NCBI RefSeq assembly: GCF_009914755.1
Contig: NC_060931.1
DNA length: 64,000 nucleotides
DNA from: the human T2T-CHM13v2.0 reference genome, Homo sapiens
Strand: one strand, 5' to 3'
Notes under the pieces: generated by a model
What the model was told of the DNA's origin: nothing
What the model saw: only the letters and a program-made list of their open reading frames with translations
Database searches by the model: none
Position numbers and translations under genes: made by a program
Shown here: positions 1-13,528 of the stretch, piece by piece
Numbering within the stretch: position 1 is the first letter of the stretch
Layout: every line of letters starts with the position of its first letter

Positions 1-379
1 TAAGAGCTGATCCTTGGCCTAGAAGAGCTAATAATCCAGATAAAGATTTTTAACAATGAGCTAATTTGAAATAATAATAAATCCATAACAGAAAATAAAT
101 ACATTATTAAATTGTGTAACAACCTGGAAAATTTCTAGGCATTCAGAGGAGGGCTAGGAGGCTTTGTTATCTAGGAGACATCACAGAACAAATGGGATTT
201 GAAGTGGGCCTTGAACAGCTTAGCTGAGAGAAGAGAAACTGTGTCCAGAGCCAAGTAAGAAGGCACTGGGTCTTCTAGAGATCCCAGCGGTGGCTACATT
301 GGCAAGTCTCTCTATGACGGGAATAATAATGATGCCTTACCACATGGGATACTTAAAAGGATTTGTATGATACTGTTTC

Positions 380-591
380 AGTAGCCCTCATCCGAAAATC
401 TAAAATCTAAAATGCTCCAAAATCTAGAAATTTCCGAGCATTGACATGACGCTCAAAGGAAATGCTCACTGAAGCATTTTGCATTTTTGGATTAGGGATG
501 CTTAACTGTTAAGTATAATGCAAATATTCCAAAATCTGAAATCTATAACACTTCTGGTCCCAGGCATTTCAGATAAGGGATAGTCAACCTG
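380..591. mobile_element. Tigger4/MER46-like (Zombi) DNA transposon MITE
   Basis: Characteristic atccgaaaatct...aaatgctccaaaatct...cccaggcatttcagataagggatagtcaacctg. Confidence 0.7.
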
Positions 592-1511
592 CCTCACATC
601 TGTAAAGTGCTTAAAATAGTAAGTGCTAGTAAATGTTAAATATGTATGTATAATGTACACACATAAAAGTACTTCATTATAAACCTTCCCCTGCAGAATT
701 AGGGGATGAAAGCTGAAGAATCTGAAACAAAATCTTTCCCATTTACATCGGAACGGCCTCATTTCTGGGAGGCATAGGAGCAGAGTTCAGCTAAATCACC
801 AACCATGTCACACGTAACCAGGAGCATGCATGCAGGCCCAGGGACCTCCCCTATTACAACAACAATACCTTGCAGTCGCATAAGCCTTTATGTTTACAAA
901 GGGATTTTTCCCAGAAACTGAGAAACAACTCATGTAGAATTGGAGCCAAATAGAGGTTGTTCTCAATATGGAAATGTGTGCACAGTGCCTCTTAAATGGT
1001 ACCCCTCAACATACATCTATAAGTATAAAACTATAATATGTATAGTTTTAATTAACACATGTGTATTTACATATAAATCATAAACATATATTGACATATA
1101 GCACAATATATATCTACTCCCTAGTTGAAGCCATGAAACATGTCTTAAAGTTGGATTTGCACAGCAAACACACTGTGGTTACCTGGGCTGTGCATTCACT
1201 CGTGTGGCTTGGAAGGGAGGATGGAGACAGTGGGGGAAGGGATTCAAGCACTTCTTTGTGCCACCACGCCAGCTCCCCGCTGATGCAGCAGACATAGGGG
1301 AGCTCACGCTGGTTTTTTTCCTCATCTCTGCTCAGGGCAACTGTTGGCCAGCAACAGACTCTCTGCAGTCCCAGGTCCTGGAAATAGGTCCTGAGAGAGC
1401 TGAGGGACTGAACCAGGCCTATGGAGAGTCTCAACCTCACATCTCAGGTTGCTGACTCATAACCCACCATCAGTGCACTAGAGGAGTTGGCTCTGTGTCT
1501 CTATGACTCAC

Positions 1512-1728
1512 AGGTGCTGCTGCAGCTCCAAAAGCACTGACTTCTCCAGGCTGGTCTCATTCGAGATAATGAAATGGGGAAGATCCACATCCGGCCTGGA
1601 CTCCAGCCCTGACACCCTGAGCAGGGAGGAACCTCTATCCCAGCCCCCCAGCTCCCCAGCCGAGCCCGGGCTGGATGACTCCTCTGGGGGAGAATGTTCC
1701 TCGTAGATCAGCAGGTTTCTGGATCTCA
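1512..1728 (-). CDS. CREB3L2: CREB3L2 exon 11 (217 nt): VRSRNLLIYEEH...LLELQQHL, luminal domain with S1P site RNLL (1709-1720) and N-glycosylation sequon NET (1553-1561)
   Basis: Acceptor ctctgtcctcag|TG, donor CT|gtgagt, phase 1 to 2. Lies within track ORF 1508..1783. Confidence 0.96.
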
Positions 1729-2453
1729 CTGAGGACAGAGCAGAATAATAAGGTGTTAGCAAAAGACCACAGGGGTCCAACACATTCCCTCACTCCAGGT
1801 GCTCAGGGCTGGTGGCAGATGACAATGTGTGTGTTCTCGTTGCCCAGAACCATGGGTGCCAACAGAATTTGGCTTTCTATAAAGACTTTAGAGCTTCGGA
1901 GTTTGTGCATTGAAAAATTATACCAATTATACAGTGCTGGAAGAACAATAGAAAAGCAAATAAACACAAGGCAAACTACCACCCCCACTGCTTTGAAAAT
2001 ATAAAACTCCCCCCTTACCACCCATAACCATCTAGGGAAAATGATTCATGGAGAATGGGAGTGGAATACTTGGAGATGTCCAGACCCAGCTAAAAGAAGC
2101 AGCATTCCCAGTGAGTAGGTCTGGCAGGGGGATGAGGTACAGGGCATCTCATTTAGAAAGGGAAGAGGAGACACAAAGCCAAAGCCATAAATCAAAGGAT
2201 AGAGACAATCTCCTTTGTTTTGTAGGACAGTCACACAGCTAGATGGCTCTGTAGCAATTTTCCATGACATAGAAACTATGCTTCCAATTAAATTTAGAGA
2301 GATAGTTCCTTGGGGGGAAAAATTCTCAACAGGCCACTGAAATTATTTAATTGGAATGCTAGCACTTCTGTCATACCTGGCAGAGACACACCTGCCTGGT
2401 GAAGACCACAGACGTTTCAAGATGGCAAAATTTTCCCTATCCCAAATCCAGTA

Positions 2454-2934
2454 CAGTAGTCCTCCCTTATCCATGGGGAATACATTTCAAGACCCCCAGT
2501 GGACGGCTGAAACCGAAGATAGAACTGAACCCTATATATATGGTATAAGGTATATATGTATGGGAAAAACCATACAGGGTTTATATATGGGCATATAGCA
2601 TGTAGGGTTCATATGCCTTTTCCTATACATATGTACTTATGATAAAGTTTGATTTAGAAATTAGGCCCAGTAAGAAATTAACAATAATAATAAAATAGAA
2701 CAATTCTAACCATATCTTCTAATAAAAGTTACATGAATGTGGCCTCTCTCTCTCAAAATTTCTTATGGTGGTGTACTCAGCTATTTTCAGATAACTGCAG
2801 GTATTTTTATTGGCTGCAGGTAGTGTTTCTTACTATAGTGTATTCAGCTATTTTAAGGTAACTGCAGGTATGTTCATTGGCTACAGGTAACTGAAAGCTT
2901 AGAATACAAAACCTCAGATAAGGGGGGACTACTG
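2454..2934. mobile_element. MER44/Tigger7-like MITE, full length
   Basis: Terminal inverted repeats CAGTAGTCCTCCCTTATC and GATAAGGGGGGACTACTG, with TA target duplications at 2452-2453 and 2935-2936. Confidence 0.8.
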
Positions 2935-3104
2935 TACTGCCTAACCCCATGCTCATTCCTATAGGTGTAGGTGTGAATTTGTGTGTGTATTCCTTACTCA
3001 CCATCCCTTTATTTCTAGGTGAGAACACCATACGCTTCTTATCTGACACCGGAGTCCCCATATTCTCTAGATCTTGGGCATAAGGTTTTTGGAAGGCAGG
3101 CTGA

Positions 3105-3648
<544 letters not shown>

Positions 3649-3982
3649 CTGACCTTGCTGTTTATTTAATTTCACTTTACAAGCCCTTACTATATACATT
3701 GCATTACATTACTCATACAATTCCACTCAGTGGAGGCAGAAACACAGCAGTTCTCTTAAAACGTCACAGAAAGCGACAGACTCTTTCCCTCATCTGCTTC
3801 CCTCTCCCTTATCAGAACTCAAAAATTAGATGTCAGAATGGATCAGGGAACACAGTCTAGAACAGCAGTTTGCAAACTGTGCTCTGTCAAGCTCTGGAGA
3901 ATTCCCAGTGATGCCGCAGTCCAGTGGATGAGGGGCCCCAGGGGAACCCCCACTTGCCTCTTCAAAGGGAGAAGCTCCACTT

Positions 3983-4095
3983 TTACCACTTTTTAAACAT
4001 TGGACTTTCACAGAAGATTCCTTTTGGAAGACTGAGAAACCCAGCTCTAGGGAAATAAAACAAGACCCTGCCCAACTTGCCACATGCTGTCTTAC
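3983..4095 (-). CDS. CREB3L2: Alternative C-terminus from intron 10 read-through (GKTACGKL...SPMFKKW*)
   Basis: In-frame 37-codon extension of exon 10, with AATAAA on the minus strand at 3661-3666. Matches my recollection of an annotated isoform. Confidence 0.65.
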
Positions 4096-4222
4096 CCACG
4101 GAGGCTGTGTAGGGCTCCTGCAGGGAATGCTGGCTGGGCAGAGCCATCTTGGTGGCAGAAGGATAGGGCCCGTAGCCTTGAAAGAAGCTGCCGAATGCAA
4201 CGGCAAAGCACAGCACCACAAC
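4096..4222 (-). CDS. CREB3L2: CREB3L2 exon 10 (127 nt): VVVLCFAVAFGSFFQGYGPYP...EPYTASV, transmembrane helix and luminal stalk
   Basis: Acceptor ctctcccacag|GTT, donor GTGG|gtaaga, phase 0 to 1. Lies within track ORF 3983..4306. Confidence 0.96.
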
Positions 4223-4503
4223 CTGTGGGAGAGAAAGAGGGGAGAGAGAACACGAGGGGCTGTGGACTTCAGCCTCTGGACAGCACAGCTTTATACCCAG
4301 GGACACAGACTCTCCTCTTCAGGCCAGTGGACTGCACCCACCAGTCACATCACCAGAGTGCCTCACCGAGGAACAGCCTCAGAGTGGAGTTCCTCCATGT
4401 GGTTTCTCCTACAGCACAGCACTTGGCCTTGGCAAGTGGAGGGAGAGGGGAGACAGGGGCCAGGCCAGGGGCGGTCACTGTGCTACCCTGCTGGGAAGCT
4501 CAC

Positions 4504-4603
4504 CATGAGGCAGGTGCCAGTCTGCGTGCCAGCTAACTTGCAGGTTCGAGAAACCTTGCCCATCACCAAAGTCTGAAGCTTCTGGAGTTGCTGAAGGAGA
4601 GTC
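4504..4603 (-). CDS. CREB3L2: CREB3L2 exon 9 (100 nt): [33 protein letters not shown], zipper end and start of the TM segment
   Basis: Acceptor ttggcag|G, donor ATG|gtgagc, phase 2 to 0. Confidence 0.96.
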
Positions 4604-4934
4604 CTGCCAATGATAACAACAGCCGTGAGGGGAGTCTGACAGAGAAGAGATGCTTTTTGATCTCTCCATGTGACCCAAGAAGGCCGCCGTGCCTTTGTGC
4701 CTGCATTTCAACAGAGCCCCAAGGGACAGTTTCCTCTGGAAGAAGATACGAACACCAGTACCTTCTAGCACCATTGTCACAGAGCTCACTGGGGCTCAGA
4801 ATCAGCCTTCACACTTGAAAGTCCTGTTCTTGCACTGCCCTGAGTTAGAGGTAACTGCCTCCACATTACCCCTGACAGGCTGTGGCTTGTTTCTCAGCGA
4901 TTGAGAACAAAGGAAAAGGAACACTCTGATTGGA

Positions 4935-5298
4935 TGGTGGCTAAAGTCAGAATGGTTGTGTCTCTCCTAAATTCCTATGCTAAAACCCAGTCCTCTATGT
5001 GACGGTATTAGGATGCAGCACCTTTGGGAGATGATTAAGTCATAAATGGAGCCCTCATTGATGGGATTCGTGCCCTTATAAGGAGCTGAAAAGACTAGAG
5101 TGCTTCCCTTCCACTATGAGAGGACACAGCAAGAAGCTGCTTTTTGTGAACCAGAAAGCAGGCCCTCGCCCAACACGGAATCTCCCAACACTTTTATCTT
5201 GGACTTCCCAGCCTCCAGAACTGTAAGAGATCAATTTCTGTTGTTTGTAAGTGACCTCGTTTATTACATTTTGTTATAGCAACCTGAACAGACTAAGA
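4935..5298 (+). mobile_element. MaLR solo LTR (MLT1A/MST-like)
   Basis: Contains cctttgggagatgattaag...gcccttataa...ggacttcccagcctccagaactgtaagag...tgttatagca...gactaaga. Confidence 0.8.
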
Positions 5299-5424
5299 AA
5301 ATGTCGATTAAAAGAAGAACTCATTTAAGCAAGAGATGAGAAACATTGACAAAAACATAAAAAAGGGACAAAGGCAAAGAGAAGGAAAAATAAAAAATGA
5401 CCAGCAGAGAACAACAGAAGGAGT

Positions 5425-5588
5425 GGCCAGAGGTGGGGGCTGTGACTGGAAATGCCAACAGAGAGTAACAGGCATTCACAGGCAGGTTAGAAGAGAGAGA
5501 GAAAGGCCAGAGGTGGGGGCTGTGACTGGAAATGCCAACACAGAGTAACAGGCATTCACAGGCAGGTTAGAAGAGAGAGAGAGAAAGG
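5425..5588. repeat. 80-bp direct tandem duplication (2 copies)
   Basis: Copies start at 5425 and 5505 and differ by one substitution and one GA unit. Confidence 0.95.
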
Positions 5589-6468
5589 AGAGGAAAAACA
5601 AGAACGGCTCTGTTTAAGGCAGAGAGGCAAACAGCCACCTGCAGCTCAAGCCTGTGGTTCTTAAACGCTCACAGCACCTCCAGAGTCAGAAACGAAGCCA
5701 ACATATGAAAGAACAAAGATGCCTGCTCAACTGGACCCTCAAGCCCAGAGTCAAGGGTCTTTAAAACCATCCTTTGAAACAGATTCTAGCCTTTCTCCAG
5801 GAAAAAGACAAGAGAGCAAGAGCAGAAAAAAAAAAAGGAGACGTTTTATCCCTAAAATTGGACAACTGTGCCTCTCCTTAAAAGGCAAAGTTTGAGGGAT
5901 AAGAACAGTCTTATATACTCTGCTCTGTGTGACATCAGCACACAGAGCAGATGGTAAAATTCTTTGCAAATTCTGAACACTGCAAGGCATAGAAAAGGAT
6001 CTGACAACACACCCTCCTGAGTTAGAGCACCCGGGAAGAGTTCCCTGTGAGTGGTGTAAAGAGTTGAAGCTCCTCCTCATCCTCATCCCCCACCCCCAAA
6101 CCCAGTGCATATGGCAAAGTGGAAAGATTTTATGAGCAGATGCTTTCTCTTGGGTCTCAAGGATTCTCGGAAAATGTGTGCTGTGATGTAACAATGTTAG
6201 ACAGCCACATAAGTTCACTGGAAAACATCATCAAATCATTTGTTCACAGAATGCTGTGGGCTTTCGCAGATAACTTGCTTCTCATCACAGTCTACCCCCG
6301 AATAGCATTCAGGTGCTAGAAGGACAAGCAGATTTTTCCTGGGCTTACATCTTCACCCCCAGCTAGTACCAATGAAACAAGTTCTCCCAATTTGAGCAAA
6401 TTAAGGACAGGTTGGCCACAAGAATGATTTTGCTTTCAGCAGTTTAAATGGATAGGAGTGGTGGGTGA

Positions 6469-6841
<373 letters not shown>

Positions 6842-7013
6842 CTACATGACATTTTCCCCAGGTATAGTGATTTTAATTTAAGCAACACAGAATCATTCAT
6901 TCTGTTAGTTAATATCACTAATTTAAGTTCTATTTAATGTGAAGATCTTTTTTTGTACTTAATCGTACATTTTTGTTTCTGTTTATATAGAAGTATGATT
7001 GAATGTAGTTTAG

Positions 7014-7363
<350 letters not shown>

Positions 7364-10300
7364 ACCATTTTCTTTAAAAGCATTTTGTATGTTTACTTAA
7401 TGCTGAGAAATACTCAACAGCATAATTACTCTAAATTCTACTTAAAGAAAGTTTGCAACTAAATGGTTCTATGATGCAGCACCTTTCCTTCCTCATGAAA
7501 CTTTTTCTCTGTTCTCCCAGGACTTCCCCAGAAAATTCCCTTCCTACCCAACAGCACAGCTGCCTTTTCCTTCTGCACTGCCACTTCCTGAGTGTGCATT
7601 CATTCTCACAGCGAGATTTCACTGGCCGAAGCATATATTTGACTCTCTATCACCTGTAATGCCAGCCCCAAAGCCCTTGCTGGGTTCTCCCTGCTGATAT
7701 TTCTTCAAGTCCTTGGGCAAATTTCCAGGTAAGCCCACAGAAAAGACCACATGGCTCAAACCCTTTCCTCTTATTGCCAACCACTCTCTATGGTAGGAAT
7801 GGGTCTCTCCTTCCTGCTAAGCTATGAAAAGCGGTCTCCTGTTCCCCTGGCCTGCTCAAGAGCTACTTCTGTAAGTGACAGCTGCCACTTTTCCTGGGCA
7901 CCTCAGTTTTCCACTGGGCGCTCCTGCTGCCTGTAAGCTGGTGGCCGCAAGGTGCTGAAGTTTAGCTATGCTCTGGGCATGAGGGGGTAAGGTTTCTCCA
8001 TCCAGGCTTCAGTTAGTACCTTTCCAGATGGTACCAAAGCATGTTACTTTTGCTCCAAAGTCTTAAGCTGTTTTGAAAGGGGAATGACCACTTCCATTTT
8101 TTACCAACAATCCCTATTGACCAGCAGCCAGCCCGTACTTCCTCCCTGCCCATCCCCTACCCCTTGCCTAGTCCTTAGAGCATGAATAGCTTTAAAAAAA
8201 AAATCCACACAAGGAATCAGTCCTCCCTTCCAATTTCTGGTTGATATCTCTGGGCCCTGTACCCCTTCCCCTAGGATGAACAGTCTCCTAGGAGGCTCCC
8301 CAGTGCCTCCTGAAAACAGACTTTCAGCAGGCCAGCTACACCTGAAGCCCACTGAAAGAATATCTTAGGCTCAAATTGGAATCCCCCATTCCCCAGTCAC
8401 AGGTGTAAAGTGCTACAAGTTGGGAAGAAGGACCCATCAAGAAGGGCTGGAGAGAGCAGAGAGGGCTGGTGTTTCCTGACTGCACAGCACTTTGCTTGGC
8501 ATTCACGGACACATCCTTTCCCAACTCAAGATGACTATATTCTGAATCCACTGCAAATGAAAATGGTTGTTTAATAGTCCCTGATTTCTAACAGTTTATA
8601 ATCTAACTCTTTAAGATGAGCAAACATGTGTTTTAAAATACACATTTTTAGTTCGAAATGTTGGTGGAAAGCGCAACAGTGACTAATAATATGCTGTTTG
8701 CCATTGCTTCTCCTACTGGTGCTGGAGAAAGTAAACGGAACTGATGGTGGAAATGACAACATGTGCAAGGCCCCATCAATCAGCAACACTGAGGCATTTC
8801 GCTCAGTCATCCCCAGAATCCAAACAGACTTCTATGATCCAATAGAGTTTGGGAAATTCACACACATCCATACAACAGAAACACTCCTTTTCATCATAAA
8901 AAGAGAAAATGAACAATGACAGAGTACTGAGTGCCTACTACTTGAGTTCCAAGAACTACATACGCTAAAATACTAAGCAAGCATCTCAAAGTCACGTAGC
9001 TAATAAGTAGAGGACCTAAGATGTAAACCAAAACCTATCTGACCCCATAGCTTGTGTACATTCCAACATGGTACAGCATGGTACCCTAATCAATAACCTA
9101 CTAAAATTAATAATAAAGCATGTCTTAGTTAAGTAGATTTTTCTTAACTCCAGTAACATTAATATTATGTTGACACCAGCCCAACTGAGATATGTCCACC
9201 ATTAAATATGAAAATATTACTATTAAAAGAGACTAAGCCATAGACGGAAGAGCCACAATAAAACCCATTCTGACGGCAAGGAGATGCATACTAACAAAAT
9301 TTCAGTAACAATGACACAAAAACCATCAGGGCAAATAAATATTGTGTGGTATTTTCTCTGGATACATCAAAGATAAAATGCAGATAATAGATAAAAGAAT
9401 CAAGGGTACTTCTTGCCTAGTTAAGGTTCAGGAAGTCAAGCCTGGGCTTTATTTAGAAAAATGGAAAATATAAAACCTGTCTCTCTGTGAAACACCAAAA
9501 AAGCTGATGAGATGGCTTTAGAATTGCTAAGCTGATGCATATATATATCAGGAGGATTGGCTCTAAAGGCAAAGACACCTGAGTTTCAATCAGAGGATGA
9601 CTGCTATGTGCCTTTAATCAAGTTAAGTTCTGAGTTTAGGCAGCTACTCAGATGAATTCCCTTGACCACATCAGCTCATGGAATAATGAGAAAATGCCCC
9701 CTCCCAGGGTAACTCTGCGTTTGCTGAAGCAAATACATCTTTGAAGAGTGCTTGCTGTCTCTTTTCACTGATGACAGATGAGGCCAGTCCTTTTTATGGG
9801 AAAGCCTGTGACCTCATAACTGATATGTTGGTTTGAGACGATGTGGCACTTTCTCTGATGTCACTGAGACAGATGTCACTGCCTGCAGCAATGGGAGCTT
9901 GGATGACAGCCCCCACCCTACTTGCATGAAGGGCTGGGTGGAGAAAAGACAGCCAGCAGATGAAATGGAAAAGTTATTTTTAAACTACAGCTATAAAAAG
10001 TCAACCGCAGGACAGATCCAATGGTGCCTATGAAGCTCAGTATAAACTTCCTCTTTATTATTGTATTTTAAATCATCAGTGATCATGGCTAATTATGGCC
10101 TTAATGAATTCTTGGGCTTCCGGGAACAAAATCTTAATTTAGAGAAAGGAATACTCTTAGCATACGTTTATCTGGGCCAACAGATTTTTCACAATTTGTT
10201 AAATTGGAGTGTCCAACACTTGATTGAAAATGTGGATTTTGTCCTGTGGTGAGATGTAAAAATAAACTCAGTGGCTATCCTCATGCAGTTCCTTGCAAAA

Positions 10301-10657
10301 GAGCAGTGGAAAGCAGCTGTCAGCCTTGCCCAAAATAAACCATCACCCTGTATCTTGGGAGGCATATCAAAGGAAATTGGGCAAAACATTCAAAAGAATC
10401 CAAGAGTGGGAGACACAATCTTACAATAACTGGGAAATGCATCAACAGTCTCATGTTTTCTTTGTCTTTGGTTTAATTTTGCTTTTTGTGTGTGTTTCCT
10501 TATTTACAAAAGAAAGAATGAGAACAGTCATACAGTTATTGAATGTTGGACTTTGAACATTCAGGAACCTAATTTCCCACTGGAGTCAGAAACCAGGAGC
10601 AGGAAAAAAAAAAGTGGTGGTTCCCAATTATTTGCTGTGTTGGGAGCTTCAACTTAG

Positions 10658-11099
<442 letters not shown>

Positions 11100-11468
11100 T
11101 AAATCAGCCTCCTTCAGAGATGAAGGAACTTTTTCACAGCCTTATGGAAGCACCTAGAGCAGTCATTTCCAAATTCCAAATCATGAACCATTTGTGGGTT
11201 TGTGAAATCAATTGGGTTGTGACTGATATATGTTTTTAATGAAATGGAGTCAAATAGAATACACAATATCAGAGGGCATTGTATGCTGTAAAGAACTATC
11301 GATTTGTGAAGCATTCATATTAGTGAGGTGTATGATGTATATGTACATGTTCATGTGGTAGTCTGGTGTGCCATTTACACTACATAAAATGTAAAATAAT
11401 TGTACAATCAAAAAAGCCTGAGTGTTACTTATCTAATGCACACAATTAAAAAAAAAAAAAAACAACTT

Positions 11469-11773
<305 letters not shown>

Positions 11774-13120
11774 TCAGGTGACCTCATGATGGAAGAGATG
11801 AGCATCCATGTCCTTCTGAGGCAAAATCCCCCCTGAATCCCTTCCCACCCCACCCGAGTCACATCTAGAGTTAGTGCCTGGGAGGTTCTGAGGTGAGAAG
11901 GGGGTGTCCAACAGCTGAAACCTCTACCTCAAAATCCTGGGATGGAGGGCAGGGAGGTGGCGGGATACAATGTTAATAATTATAAGTTCTACACATTTCA
12001 TAAGGATATTTAAGGAAAATCATGAACAATCTCAAAGACATTTAAATACTAAAGTGTGTCATACACAAAAGACAACCATATCAGCTCAAACTCCTAAACC
12101 TTGAGTAAATACCTATATGTTTATGGCCTTTTACTTAAGTTTTGAAGGTTGTTCATGGGGCTCTGGCCTAAATGAAAAAAAAAAGCGTATAAATTTTCTC
12201 CTTTTTCTTCCTGTGTTAATTGCTACATTACAAGAGGCTTCTTTATTTTGTAGGAACCAGAGGGCATTTCTGAAATGCTATATTACCTACTGGCCCAGGA
12301 ACAAACACTGGCCAAGGAACAAAAACTGAGGCTGTGGAATTTTGAACTTTACACTAAATTACACTAAAATGCCTTTTAAATCCCTCTGGGGAACTTAGTT
12401 TAGTACCCAATAATCCTTTGAAGTTTGAAATATTTCCATGTGGAAAGAAAGTTCACACTCTTCACACAACCAGAAGTTAGAGATAATGCAGAAATGAAAA
12501 GTGAATTAAAACCAAGGTAAAAGTGTACAGTAGAGTAACTTGGGTCATTTATCAGTCCTCAAATAGCTTCTTTGTGTGCAGCTGGGGGTGGGTTCAGCCA
12601 GTTATTGTCAGTCTAAGAGAGAAGAGATGAACCCACACACAGAAAACCATAATAGTGTGTAGGGAACAAATACACAAAATTAGTGCAAACAGACACAGCT
12701 GTGTGGGCTAAACAAACAGACCAGGAGAGCCAGAATCCAGTCAAAACCCAGTAGACTTGGCTGGAAAGACCTTTAATAGGAATCATATAGAGATTGTCAA
12801 GAACAAGAAAAGTAGAGTTAGAAAGACTATAGCTAAGAGGAAGATCAAAGAAAAAGATTAAGGAATTTTATTTCTGATAACAATAGAGATAAATGTCAGG
12901 CAAGCATGTCCCTTAATTCTGTGAGGTCTGAGGAAAGTGTACAAATGAAGTCCACATGCCACACATCTTAAGGTTTCTACAAGTCAAGCAGCCCAACACC
13001 TGCTCCTTCCGGCTCCCTCTATGGCCAGGTTTGAACAGAATTCTTGGACTTCCCAGGGCTGCTTGCCAAAATGTGGTAGTATAAGCAGAATTACTCCAGG
13101 CCTCAGCCTGCTCCACACCG

Positions 13121-13528
13121 TTGGAGAGAGACAGTCTCTTGGGTCTTCTTGTGTTCCTACACATTCTGCTGTGGATGCCAAGATGGAAAGGCTCTCACTG
13201 CTCTTTTATGATGGGCCACCTCTCAAGGTTGTTATGAAGCTGGTAACCTGGACAGATGAGGTAATGTCTCTCCCTGGGCAAGAAGCAGGTTTACTGATTG
13301 CTTGCTATAAAAGCAGTGGATTCTCCAAGCTCAGGCTTCCTTAGCTGTGACACAATCCCCACTGAGAGCACAGCATCCACCCGGATCTGTCCTGGCACCT
13401 GGGGGCAAGGAGAACTGATACATATATGCTGCTGCTCACTCTGTCTACTGAGCAATAGAATCCTTTGTCTTTGACCCAGGAATCTCATATCTTCTATAAA
13501 TAAGGCTAAATTGAATCCAGACCTGACA
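13121..13528 (+). mobile_element. Old ERVL-type solo LTR (LTR40-like)
   Basis: Starts gagacagtctct, has TATAAAAG at 13305, then caatagaatcctttgtctttgacccaggaatctc, and ends ...tgaca. Confidence 0.6.

Noticed and set aside
1-1500. Final CREB3L2 coding exon
   Set aside because: The expected C-terminal coding sequence was not found, so the exon probably lies just outside the window.
5425-5588. CRISPR-like array
   Set aside because: Two abutting copies with no spacers, in eukaryotic DNA with no cas genes.
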